Positions 1-8,362 of a stretch of 64,000 nucleotides of DNA are shown here, piece by piece. The notes under the pieces were generated by a model. That model worked only from the letters and a program-made list of their open reading frames with translations, was not told the DNA's origin and searched no databases. Origin of the DNA: an uncultured Bacteroidota bacterium (GTDB lineage Bacteria > Bacteroidota > Rhodothermia > Balneolales > HLUCCA01); NCBI GenBank assembly GCA_947085565.1, contig CAMTWZ010000017.1, positions 4,526-68,525 of the forward strand, given 5' to 3'. The translations under genes and the position numbers were made by a program. Position 1 is the stretch's first letter. Each line of letters opens with the position of its first letter.

Positions 1-546
1 ACGCTTGTAATCGTAAAAAATGCCCCCGATGCCGCGCGTCTCGCCACGATGCGTGTTCACGAAATATTGGTCGCAATTCGCCTTGAATTCGGGATAGAAC
101 GCGGTGTCGATGCGGTCGCAGGCTTCACGGTGTTTCCTGTGGAAATGCGCCGCGTCATCCTTGAACAGATAATAGGGTGTGAGGTCGGCGCCTCCACCGA
201 ACCATGCGTCGCCTTCGACCTCGAAATAGCGGTAATTGGCATGCACCGTCGGGACGAACGGATTGATCGGATGGATCACCAGCGAGATTCCGCACGCTGA
301 AAACTGTCCACCTTTCACTCCGAAATGCGCGCGCATCGCCTCCGGAAGCTCCCCATGCACATTGGAGATGTTCACTCCGCCTTTTTCGAAGACGTTTCCG
401 CCGGAAATCACGCGTGTGCGCCCGCCTCCGCCACCCGGACGTTCCCAAAGATCTTCACGGAATTTGGCTTTGCCATCGACAGCCTCCAATGCGGAGCAGA
501 TGGCGTCTTGGGCATGGATGATGAAAGTGTTGAAGCGTTCTAACAA
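1..546 (-). CDS. hemF: Oxygen-dependent coproporphyrinogen III oxidase, N-terminal part (3' end runs off the window)
   Basis: Hand translation of the minus strand gives (M)LERFNTFIIHAQDAICSALEAVDGKAKFREDLWERPGGGGGRTRVISGGNVFEKGGVNISNVHGELP...WFGGGADLTPYY...RGETRGIGGIFYDY, a HemF-type signature. A TAA lies just upstream in frame, and the only plausible start is TTG at 546-544. It is absent from the ORF track because it has no stop inside the window. Confidence 0.85.
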   Translation of the reverse strand, partial: MLERFNTFIIHAQDAICSALEAVDGKAKFREDLWERPGGGGGRTRVISGGNVFEKGGVNISNVHGELPEAMRAHFGVKGGQFSACGISLVIHPINPFVPTVHANYRYFEVEGDAWFGGGADLTPYYLFKDDAAHFHRKHREACDRIDTAFYPEFKANCDQYFVNTHRGETRGIGGIFYDYKR

Positions 547-550
547 ATTT

Positions 551-690
551 GTTAGTAGTTAGTTGTTTGTTGTGGAAATCGACGTGCGAGGTGCGAAGCG
601 CGAAGTAAGACGCCCCTCCTTGCGATTCCGAGTGAAACGAAGAATCGGAGGGAGGGGCCGGGGGTGGGTTCATACTGAGCGTCGTGCATT
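551..690. repeat. Mosaic intergenic repeat: heptamer runs GTTNGTT x3 (551-571) and GTGCGAR x3 (584-604), then a GC-rich hairpin core (CCCCTCCTTGCGA...TCGGAGGGAGGGGCCGGGGGTGGGT)
   Basis: The same modules recur at 1261-1350 (inverted), 5911-6135, 16293-16362 and, in part, 9478-9565 and 29348-29420. Confidence 0.8.
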
Positions 691-746
691 TCGAAACTCG
701 GCATAAGGTACAAATCCCCTATCATCCATTAAACCAAAAGATCATC

Positions 747-1261
747 ATGACCCTTCTATTACTATTTCTATTTCTGAGCCCGGCCCAGGCCGTTTTCCTG
801 CCCGCCGACACTCTCCAGACGCTTGGCTTATTGCTTACCTGGTAGCAGGGTCCCACATCCACCATCACCATCGATTGGCACACTCATGCGCATTCGCGCA
901 TTCCGACGGTGGAATACCGCGCCGCTGGTGTGAAATCATGGATGTGATGATGAATACCTCCGTCACCGCCCATAAGCGCACCAAACCCATGTTGGGAAAC
1001 CGGGTGGATGCGAACGGAAACGTGTTCACCGGGGATGGAAGCCTAGGGAGTGGGTACGCGTCCGATCGGAGGCGAAAAAGACACCACGGCGTGGATCCGT
1101 CATGGTACTTGGAACGGGCCACTTCCGAGCGGCACTTCATCACGATTCAGGGAAAGATGAAGCACTTCCTGATGGTGAATGAGGCCGGCGAGTATATCGA
1201 TGAATTTCCCCGGACGCCGCATTTTGAGCGTGGGAAGCACAAGCTGGCGCCGAGGTGGTAA
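747..1261 (+). pseudogene. Decayed metallophosphoesterase-like remnant (signal peptide plus N-terminal beta-sandwich piece, in-frame TAG, frame change, short C-terminal piece)
   Basis: From the ATG at 747: MTLLLLFLFLSPAQAVFLPADTLQTLGLLLTW*QGPTSTITIDWHTHAHSRIPTVEYRAAGVKSWM**. ORF 875-1261 ends ...FITIQGKMKHFLMVNEAGEYIDEF, which resembles the C-terminus of purple-acid-phosphatase-like proteins. The catalytic middle is missing. Confidence 0.4.
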
Positions 1262-1350
1262 CCCACCCCTGCCCCTCCCTCCGACCCCTCGTTTCACTCG
1301 GGTTCGCAAAGAGGGGTGATCAACTTCGCACCTCGCACATCGCACTTGAC
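1261..1350. repeat. Inverted copy of the mosaic repeat at 584-670
   Basis: The reverse complement reads GTGCGAGGTGCGAAG..CACCCCTCTTTGCGAACCCGAGTGAAACGAGGGGTCGGAGGGAGGGGCAGGGGTGGGT. It is nearly colinear with 584-670. Confidence 0.8.
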
Positions 1351-1414
1351 ACCATTTTAGATATATTCCTTCCAGTCACCTAACAATCTCTTTCGTCAAT
1401 TAAATCAGTCAAGT

Positions 1415-2128
1415 ATGGCTCGTGTTCCGACCGATAAGTCCGACAATACGTCGTCCGAAATCATCCAGCAGCGGCTGGATTTCATTGAAGCGGCTTCGGG
1501 CAGAACATTCACGCACATCCGTCATCATTCCATTCCGCCGGAACAGACCCGCGGTAATATTGAGAATTTCACGGGGGTGTGTCAGGTTCCATTGGGGATC
1601 GCGGGTCCGTTGCGAGTGAACGGTGAGCACGCCCAGGGCGACTTTCTCATTCCCTTGGCAACGACGGAAGGCACCTTGGTCGCTTCTTACAACCGGGGCA
1701 TCAAAGTATTGAATTTGTGTGGAGGTGTGGATGTGGCGGTTGTCGCTGAAAGCATGCAACGCGCTCCGGTTTTCGCGTTCGGAAGCGCGAAGCGTGCGCG
1801 GGATTTCTCGACCTGGGTGCTGACGAACATGGACACCATCCGTCAAGTGGCGGAATCCACCACTCGGATCGGCAAGTTGATCGGCATCGATCCGTACCTG
1901 ACCAACCGCTATGTGTATCTGCGTTTCAATTACACCACGGGCGATGCGGCCGGGCAGAACATGGTCGGAAAAGCCACTTTCGCCGCCTGTCATTGGATTT
2001 TGGACCAGATTGATGATGTCGAACATTTCTATCTGGAAGCCAATTTCGCGACGGACAAAAAAGCGTCTCAGGTGAACATGATGCGGGGCAGATTGTCATT
2101 TGAAGTGCCCGTTTTGGGGCTGAGATAA
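1415..2128 (+). pseudogene. Class I HMG-CoA reductase, N-terminal ~224 codons only, truncated by IS30 insertion
   Basis: Motifs PLATTEGTLVASYNRG and YTTGDAAGQNMV are present. Homology stops at ...ASQVNMMRGR (about 2087). The last 11 codons (LSFEVPVLGLR*) are read from the IS terminal inverted repeat. Confidence 0.85.
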
Positions 2129-3180
2129 AATAAAGCCCGGAGGATGTCCCCCGGGCGAGTCGATGTCGGTTATATTGGCCGTCTATTCCTTCCAAAGAAT
2201 CGAAGACCATGTATCGACACCTTGACCTGTCCGAAAGGTACTGCATCGCCGCGCAACTCAAAAACGGCATCAAAGCCACCCTAATCGCTCGGGCCGGCGG
2301 TCGACACAGCTACGACGCCCGCTCGGCCCATTCCCTGTATATGTCCAACAGGGCCGCGCCTCGCGGGGCATACCGGTTCACCGGCGTATGCAAGGATCTG
2401 GCCCTGTTTCTGCTGAAGCAGACGGATTTGGAACCGAAGGGAATCGGTCCGCGACTGCGGCTTTTGTTCGGACCAGACATGGGTGTGTCCGGCTCGACCA
2501 TCTACCGGTACATCTACGCCGACGCGGCCGCAGGCGGGCAGTTGTGGCGTCATCTGCGCACAGCGCGAGTACGACCAAAGCCACGCCCCAAGGTCAAAAA
2601 AATCCGCCAAATCATCGAAGACAGAAAACGGATTAGTCAGCGGCCAGCCGAAGTGGACCAGCTCGGGCGAATCGGTGATCTTGAGCGTGACACCATTGTC
2701 GGACGATCCAACCGGGGTGCCATCCTGACCATCGTGGACCGCAAGTGCGATTATTGTTGGTTGGCGCAGACCCACGATCGCCAGGCGCAAGGCGTACACG
2801 AGGCCACCCTGACCCCGCTACGTAAGCACCGGCATAAACTGCGCACGATTACCAACGACAATGGCGGGGAGTTCGCAAAGCACAAGCGTACCGGCAAAAC
2901 ATTGAAGCTGGGTATTTACTTCGCTGACCCGTATGCGACCAACCAGAGGGCACAAATCGAACGGCTCAACAAACTCATTCGACAATACATCCCCAAAGGC
3001 AGGGATGTCCGGTTTGTCCAACCCAAAGAGTTGCGATGGATCGCCGATAGTCTCAACAACAGTCCCCGAGAAAAACTTGGGTATTTGACTCCGAATGAAG
3101 TATTCTCAGCCAAATCGGTTGATATGCCCGACACCGACTCAGCCTAAACTACAGGCGGGCACTTCAAACGACAATGTGCC
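2087..3180 (+). mobile_element. IS30-family insertion sequence (~1.09 kb)
   Basis: The terminal inverted repeats GGCAGATTGTCATTTGAAGTGCCCG (2087-2111) and the reverse complement of 3156-3180 (GGCACATTGTCGTTTGAAGTGCCCG) match at 23/25. They enclose a single DDE transposase ORF. Confidence 0.85.
2209..3147 (+). CDS. IS30-family DDE transposase
   Basis: 312 aa with GDLERDTIVG, TITNDNGGEFAKH and YFADPYATNQRAQIERLNKLIRQYIPKG, the IS30 D-D-E spacing and context. Confidence 0.9.
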   Translation: MYRHLDLSERYCIAAQLKNGIKATLIARAGGRHSYDARSAHSLYMSNRAAPRGAYRFTGVCKDLALFLLKQTDLEPKGIGPRLRLLFGPDMGVSGSTIYRYIYADAAAGGQLWRHLRTARVRPKPRPKVKKIRQIIEDRKRISQRPAEVDQLGRIGDLERDTIVGRSNRGAILTIVDRKCDYCWLAQTHDRQAQGVHEATLTPLRKHRHKLRTITNDNGGEFAKHKRTGKTLKLGIYFADPYATNQRAQIERLNKLIRQYIPKGRDVRFVQPKELRWIADSLNNSPREKLGYLTPNEVFSAKSVDMPDTDSA

Positions 3181-3181
3181 T

Positions 3182-4093
3182 AACCGCACCGCCATTCTCG
3201 TTGCGCTGCTGTTGGCCCTGATCATCACCGGCATCGAAGCCGTATCCGTTTTCGGGGTGGACAATCTGTTTGTACCGTTGGTCGGTTTTCTGGGCCTGAC
3301 TCGCTTATTGATGTTTTCGACCGACCTTCTCATCGGAAATCTCGTGATTCTGCTGGCGGTGTTCATCGTTCTGGCGGCCACGAACCGTTGGCGCCACCTC
3401 ACCATCTCGGGCATGATCGGACTCACGCTCATGCTTTATGCCATTTATTCCTGGGGCGGATGGGTGTGGTTCATCCAATCGATGTGGTACAGCCTCACCT
3501 TCACCTTGGGCGTGAACTTGAACCGCTTCCGCCATCTCGGAACCAATGTCTCCACCCGCGAACGAACCCGTGGATTGTTCGAAATCTCGGCAGTGTTCCA
3601 CTTTTCAGCGGTTCCGTTGTTCATCCTTCTGATGAACCGGCTGATGCCGCACCCCGATCTGTACAGCTTATTCACTGCCATGATCGGCTTGGTGACGGGG
3701 ATGTCCTATTTCCAATTCTCCACCCATCTGTTGAAGCGATTCAAAATCGGGTTCATCCCCCGAGGATGGCCCACGTTGGCGTATCGCACGGTTTTCGCAG
3801 GTGCCGGAAGCCTGTTCATCTACATCCTGGCCGCATCCGGCGAAGCCGGATTAATCCATTCCGCATGGCATCATCTGACCATCACAGCGGTAGGAACAGG
3901 ATTGCTGGCGATTCTGCTACGCACGCTCGTGCGGAGGTATCATTGTCCGAACTGCGGACGAACCGTCGTCACTCCCGTCCATTGCAAACAAGACACCGAG
4001 CCGGTAGGCGGAATCCGATATTTCGGGATGTGGCAGGGCGTTCTCGTGAGCATGATGGTGATGGCGGGGGTGTTGTTTGTGGTTAGTCGGTAG
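3182..4093 (+). CDS. Polytopic membrane protein with a C-terminal CPNCG..C motif, apparently 5'-truncated at the IS30 right end
   Basis: The frame of ORF 3095-4093 runs open out of the IS, and its first 29 codons are IS sequence. The first native residues, NRTAILVALLLALIITGIEAVSVFGVDNLFVPLVG, resemble the C-terminal motif of CTP-dependent polyprenol/phytol kinase-like proteins. Several further TM helices follow. Confidence 0.5.
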   Translation, partial: NRTAILVALLLALIITGIEAVSVFGVDNLFVPLVGFLGLTRLLMFSTDLLIGNLVILLAVFIVLAATNRWRHLTISGMIGLTLMLYAIYSWGGWVWFIQSMWYSLTFTLGVNLNRFRHLGTNVSTRERTRGLFEISAVFHFSAVPLFILLMNRLMPHPDLYSLFTAMIGLVTGMSYFQFSTHLLKRFKIGFIPRGWPTLAYRTVFAGAGSLFIYILAASGEAGLIHSAWHHLTITAVGTGLLAILLRTLVRRYHCPNCGRTVVTPVHCKQDTEPVGGIRYFGMWQGVLVSMMVMAGVLFVVSR

Positions 4094-4168
4094 TTGGTAA
4101 TCAGTAATTGGTAATTGGTACCCCCTAAATCAGCTCGAGGGTACTAACTACTGACTACCAATTACCAT
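4081..4168. repeat. Heptamer array (YGGTAAT x6) plus inverted partial copy, forming an imperfect palindrome between convergent stop codons; likely a bidirectional terminator
   Basis: The array is GGTTAGT CGGTAGT TGGTAAT CAGTAAT TGGTAAT TGGTACC. It is followed by a central CCC..GGG hairpin and then CTACCAATTACC (inverted). The stop codon TAG at 4091-4093 lies inside the array, and the hemE stop is at 4169. Confidence 0.7.
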
Positions 4169-5194
4169 CTACTTCTTTCCCCAGCTCTTCACCGCATCCA
4201 CAAAAGCTTGGGCATTCTCCACCGGTACGTTCGGAGTGATGCCATGCCCGAGGTTCACGACATAGCGTTGCGCGCCGAAGCGGTCGATCATCCGATGCAC
4301 ATCTTTGGTGATCTGTTCGGGGGATGCGAGCAGCTTCGACGGATCGAAGTTTCCTTGCAGCGTGATGTTTCCACCTGTGGCCTGACGCGCAAATTCCGGA
4401 CTCACCGTCCAATCCAAGCCCAAGGCCGCCGCGCCGGGAATCGACGCCAGTTGATCGAGCGCGTACCAGCTTCCTTTCGCAAACAAGATGACCGGCGCGC
4501 CTTGCACACCTTTTGTGATTTTTTCGAGATAAGGCAACGCATAGGTGTTGAAATCGTCCGGACTCAGCAACCCCGCCCACGAATCGAAAACCTGCACGGC
4601 TTGCGCTCCAGCGCGGATTTTCGCGTTCAAATAGGCGATCGTGGTGTCGGCAAGCACATCCAGCACATGATGCGCGGCTACCGGATACTTGTAACAGAAC
4701 TCTTTGGCTTTGCCGAAATCCTTAGAACCGCGTCCTTCGATCATGTAACAGAGGAGCGTCCACGGTGCGCCGGCGAAGCCGATGAGTGGCACGCGTCCGG
4801 CGAGCTCGGCGCGCGTAAGCGTCACCGCTTCCATCACATAATGCAGACGGTCTTCGACATCAGGAACCGAAACCGCCATGGCCTGATCCACCGTGCGGAT
4901 CGGATTCGGCAGGCGCGGACCTTCCCCTTCATTCAGCGTCACCTCGAACCCCAGAGCTTGCGGCACCACGAGGATGTCCGAAAACAGGATCGCGGCATCG
5001 ACACCCAGTCGATTGATCGGTTGGATAGTAATCTCCGCGGCGAGCTCGGGAGTCTCCACCCGTGTGAAAAAGTCGTACTTATCGCGCAGAGCGATGTATT
5101 CGGGAAGGTAGCGACCGGCTTGGCGCATCATCCAGACAGGAGGCCTCGCGACTTCTATCCCGGCTAGGGCGTCTAAGAATAGAAATTGGCTCAT
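4169..5194 (-). CDS. hemE: Uroporphyrinogen decarboxylase
   Basis: 341 aa with [16 protein letters not shown] and the rest typical of HemE. Confidence 0.95.
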   Translation of the reverse strand: MSQFLFLDALAGIEVARPPVWMMRQAGRYLPEYIALRDKYDFFTRVETPELAAEITIQPINRLGVDAAILFSDILVVPQALGFEVTLNEGEGPRLPNPIRTVDQAMAVSVPDVEDRLHYVMEAVTLTRAELAGRVPLIGFAGAPWTLLCYMIEGRGSKDFGKAKEFCYKYPVAAHHVLDVLADTTIAYLNAKIRAGAQAVQVFDSWAGLLSPDDFNTYALPYLEKITKGVQGAPVILFAKGSWYALDQLASIPGAAALGLDWTVSPEFARQATGGNITLQGNFDPSKLLASPEQITKDVHRMIDRFGAQRYVVNLGHGITPNVPVENAQAFVDAVKSWGKK

Positions 5195-5210
5195 GGGCTT
5201 CGGCGTGAAA

Positions 5211-5298
5211 ATTTTAAATTGTAAATTTTAAATGGTGTGCTTCTAAGCATCTAATTGGGCAACAGAACTATACCAATTTTAAATTGTAAATTTTAAAT
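5211..5298. repeat. AT-rich direct repeat ATTTTAAATTGTAAATTTTAAAT (5211-5233 and 5276-5298, identical)
   Basis: This is a perfect 23-bp duplicate with a 65-bp period in the hemD-hemE spacer. A degenerate third copy at 5379-5405 overlaps the hemD stop. Confidence 0.85.
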
Positions 5299-5382
5299 TA
5301 TACAGAGCCATTAAATAATTGTCTTTGTTGAACATAGTTCTGAATGAGCAATGCGTTATTTAGATGGCCAAAAACATAAAAT

Positions 5383-6249
5383 TTAAAATTTATCATTTAA
5401 AATTTTCTTAGAAGTTTCGAGCACACCCCGAAAACTCGCCTCACTCGATACTGTGCAGGAGCAAGGAAGAAGTTCCGAGGCCGTTGTCGGTCCGATCGCG
5501 ATGTAAGGAACGTGCAAGGTATCCATCCATCCCAAATTCTTAAACTGCTTCACGGCGGATGGAGAGAAAAAAGCGACCGCATCGATCTTTTCTGATGGAC
5601 GTTCTGCCTCAACAGGAACGGTCTCATACACCACCCACTCTTGCATCCTGCATCCCGCTTCAAGCATCACGCTTCTTAATTCAGGTCGATGTGGATTCCC
5701 GCAGATATGAAGCACATCGCCGGTCACTCCGGAGTCGATCATGAAGCGGGCCAAATCCTCGCCCGTGGTTCCGGGGGAGATGCGATGCGGGATGTCGCCT
5801 AATGCCGAGGCGGTGGAGGGGCCGACGCACCAGATCGTTCGATGCTCTAACAAATGAAGCAAATTTGCGGCACGTAAAGCTTCTACCGCGTTTCGACTTG
5901 TGAAGGCAATGTTAGTTGTTCGTTGTTTGTTGTTTGTTGAAGGTCCTTCCCCTTCGCTTTGCTCAGGATGACACACCTCTCCTTGCGAGCCGGAGAGTGA
6001 ATCGAGGTGCGATGCGCGAGGCGCGATGTAAGGTCCTTCGCTTTGCTCAGGGTCAGGATGACACACCCCTCCTTGCGAGCCGGAGTGAAACGACGGATCG
6101 GAGGGAGGGGCCGGGGGTGGGTCCCCACGGAGTGCCGCACCAAACACGACACTCGTTAAAGGCAAGAACACCACACTCAGCCCCATCTCAGCGCCCAGCT
6201 CACGCTCGCCGGGTCGCTCTTCGCGGGTGATCAGGATCGTAGCGCCCAT
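5383..6249 (-). CDS. hemD: Uroporphyrinogen-III synthase carrying an in-frame repeat-derived insertion
   Basis: The N-terminus is ILITREERPGERELGAEMGLSVVFLPL and the later part is IAFTSRNAVEAL...VAFFSPSAV...IAIGPTTA, both HemD-like. About 75 residues between them are encoded by the mosaic repeat at 5911-6135. Confidence 0.75.
   Translation of the reverse strand: MGATILITREERPGERELGAEMGLSVVFLPLTSVVFGAALRGDPPPAPPSDPSFHSGSQGGVCHPDPEQSEGPYIAPRASHLDSLSGSQGEVCHPEQSEGEGPSTNNKQRTTNIAFTSRNAVEALRAANLLHLLEHRTIWCVGPSTASALGDIPHRISPGTTGEDLARFMIDSGVTGDVLHICGNPHRPELRSVMLEAGCRMQEWVVYETVPVEAERPSEKIDAVAFFSPSAVKQFKNLGWMDTLHVPYIAIGPTTASELLPCSCTVSSEASFRGVLETSKKILNDKF
5911..6135. repeat. Mosaic repeat (GTTNGTT x4, two tandem copies of the GGTCCTTCGCTTTGCTCAGG..ATGACACACCCCTCCTTGCGAGCCGGAG unit, GYGCGAK x3, GGAGGGAGGGGCCGGGGGTGGGT) inside the hemD reading frame
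   Basis: Direct comparison with 551-690, 1261-1350 and 29348-29385. Confidence 0.85.
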
Positions 6250-7124
6250 CCGGCTCCCAGCTCGAGAATGCGTTTCGCGGCGTCGCGGCCGATGGCGTCA
6301 GCGTCGGTGATGTCGCCTTCGGCGGAAATGTCATAGCGATCGCGTCCGTCGGGCGTCAATACATTGCCTCTGAGGCGGATGCTCCCCGCGCTCAGTTCAG
6401 CCAGGGCGCCGATCGGCGCGCTGCAGCCACCGTTGAGCGTGTTCAGGAAGGCGCGTTCAGCGCGCACGCAGGCCGAAGTCGCCTCATGGTTCAGCTCGTG
6501 AAGCACAACTCTTAGTTCCTCATCTTCTTCTCTTGCTACTACCGCTACCGCGCCTTGGGCCGGAGCCGGAAGCATCCAATCGAGGATTTGTGTCACGCGG
6601 TCTTCCAAACCGAGGCGTTTCAATCCGGCCAGGGCGAAGATGGCGCCGTCCCAGTCGGAGTTTTCGAGCTTTTTGAGTCGTGTGGGCACATTACCCCGCA
6701 GATCGGTGGTGCTGTGGCCGGGGTGGCGATGGAGCCACTGGCCGGCGCGTCGGACAGAGCCGGTGGCGACCAACCCTGCGTCGAGCTCCAAAAACTCGAG
6801 CCCGTTGCGGGCGACGAGGGCGTCGCGCGGGTCTTCGCGTTCTAAAACTGCCGCGACACGCAATCCGGCCGTGGCGTCGGTGGGGATGTCTTTGTGCGAA
6901 TGGACGGCGATGTGGATGGAGCCGCTCAGCAGCGCGTCATCCAGCACTTTCGTGAACACGCCCTTCCCTCCCATCAGCGGAAGCGGCGTATCCAGCACCA
7001 GGTCGCCTTCCGATTTCATGGAAAGGATGTCGACCTCATGCCCCAATCCCCTCAGCGCATCGGCGACGGTGTTCGCCTGCCACATCGCCAGGAGCGAATC
7101 ACGGGTTCCGAGCCGTATCCTCAT
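6231..7124 (-). CDS. hemC: Hydroxymethylbilane synthase (porphobilinogen deaminase)
   Basis: 297 aa with RLGTRDSLLAMWQA and the cofactor Cys region GGCSAPIG. Confidence 0.95.
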   Translation of the reverse strand: MRIRLGTRDSLLAMWQANTVADALRGLGHEVDILSMKSEGDLVLDTPLPLMGGKGVFTKVLDDALLSGSIHIAVHSHKDIPTDATAGLRVAAVLEREDPRDALVARNGLEFLELDAGLVATGSVRRAGQWLHRHPGHSTTDLRGNVPTRLKKLENSDWDGAIFALAGLKRLGLEDRVTQILDWMLPAPAQGAVAVVAREEDEELRVVLHELNHEATSACVRAERAFLNTLNGGCSAPIGALAELSAGSIRLRGNVLTPDGRDRYDISAEGDITDADAIGRDAAKRILELGAGWALRS

Positions 7125-8362
7125 AAATTCGGATTGATCTTGAACAGGCTATGCACCATCTTGGTGATGTCTTCCGGATGCTCGTGATCTTCTTTGAGGT
7201 GATCGATCGAGTACGCCAATATCTTGTTCACGATCCGGCGGGTGAGCTGATCGGCCAGAACGGCATCATCCGCGGAAAATTTATGTCGGATGCGGGCCAA
7301 TTCATCGGAGCGGATGTCATCCAGCCGACGTGTGAGCGCACGGATGGTCGGTACCAGGCGCTGTTCGTTCATCCATTTTTCGAACTCACGGACTTCGTCT
7401 TCCACGATGGCTTCCACGAGTGGCACATTGGCCTGACGCTCTTTGTACGTGGCGTCGAGGCGGTCGTTCAACATGTCCATGTTCACAATCAGGAAATGAT
7501 CGTTTTCGGAAATGGACGGATCCACATTCCGCGGAACCGCCAAATCCATGAACACTTTGCAGTTTTTCTGCGACATATCGACCAACGAGCGCGTGATCAC
7601 CGGCTCGGGCGCACCCGTGGCCACAATCACGAGATCATGCTCGTAAATGGCGGAGGCGAGCACTTCCCAAGGACGCACATCCACCTCGTACTTCCCGGCA
7701 ATGAGTTCGGCGCGTTCCTGACTCCGATTGATGAGGGTGATGCGTCCGACGCCCTGAGCCACCAGGTTTTTGCAGGTCACTTTGCCAATTTCGCCGGTCC
7801 CGACCAGCAGGACATGTTTATCGTGAAGCGTGCCCAGCGCATGCGCCGAGGCCTGAACCGCCGCATACGCCACGGTGGCGGCACCCGAACCCAGCGAGGT
7901 CTCCGCACGTGAGCGTTTGTGCGCACGGAAAACGGATTGCATGAGCCGATGCGTAGTAGCGTCGATCGAATGGGATGAGGAGGCGATTTCGTAGGCCTGT
8001 TTCACCTGCTGGATGATCTGCAGGTCGCCTAGGATCTGAGCGTCGAGTCCCACCGCGACGTGGAAGAAATGCCGCACGGCGTCTTCCCCTTTTTTCACGA
8101 ATCCGAATTTCTCGACTTCCTGACGCGTGCCGTTCGAGAATTTCACCATCAGTCCGAACAGCACTTCGGCGCGGTCGCCACGGGTGAAGATTTCGGTGCG
8201 GTTGCAGGTCGACAACACGATCATACTGTCGAGTCCCAGCGATTCGGCTTCCTTCAACAGGCTTTTCACGGCGTCTTCCGACAATGCGAAGCGCTCTCGG
8301 ATGCTCACATCCGCATACCAGTGGCTGATGCCAACAACAATAAAATCAGACAGTAACGACAT
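7121..8362 (-). CDS. hemA: Glutamyl-tRNA reductase
   Basis: 413 aa with LSTCNRTEIF and the NADPH-binding VLLVGTGEIG. Confidence 0.95.
   Translation of the reverse strand: MSLLSDFIVVGISHWYADVSIRERFALSEDAVKSLLKEAESLGLDSMIVLSTCNRTEIFTRGDRAEVLFGLMVKFSNGTRQEVEKFGFVKKGEDAVRHFFHVAVGLDAQILGDLQIIQQVKQAYEIASSSHSIDATTHRLMQSVFRAHKRSRAETSLGSGAATVAYAAVQASAHALGTLHDKHVLLVGTGEIGKVTCKNLVAQGVGRITLINRSQERAELIAGKYEVDVRPWEVLASAIYEHDLVIVATGAPEPVITRSLVDMSQKNCKVFMDLAVPRNVDPSISENDHFLIVNMDMLNDRLDATYKERQANVPLVEAIVEDEVREFEKWMNEQRLVPTIRALTRRLDDIRSDELARIRHKFSADDAVLADQLTRRIVNKILAYSIDHLKEDHEHPEDITKMVHSLFKINPNL

Noticed and set aside
4208-5167. Long antisense ORFs opposite well-supported genes (for example 4208-5167 +, 17250-18086 -, 35686-36468 -, 47600-48562 -, 24232-25041 -, 25837-26661 -).
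   Set aside because: They lie opposite genes with clear family motifs, have no recognisable motifs themselves, and are the usual shadow ORFs of GC-rich coding sequence.
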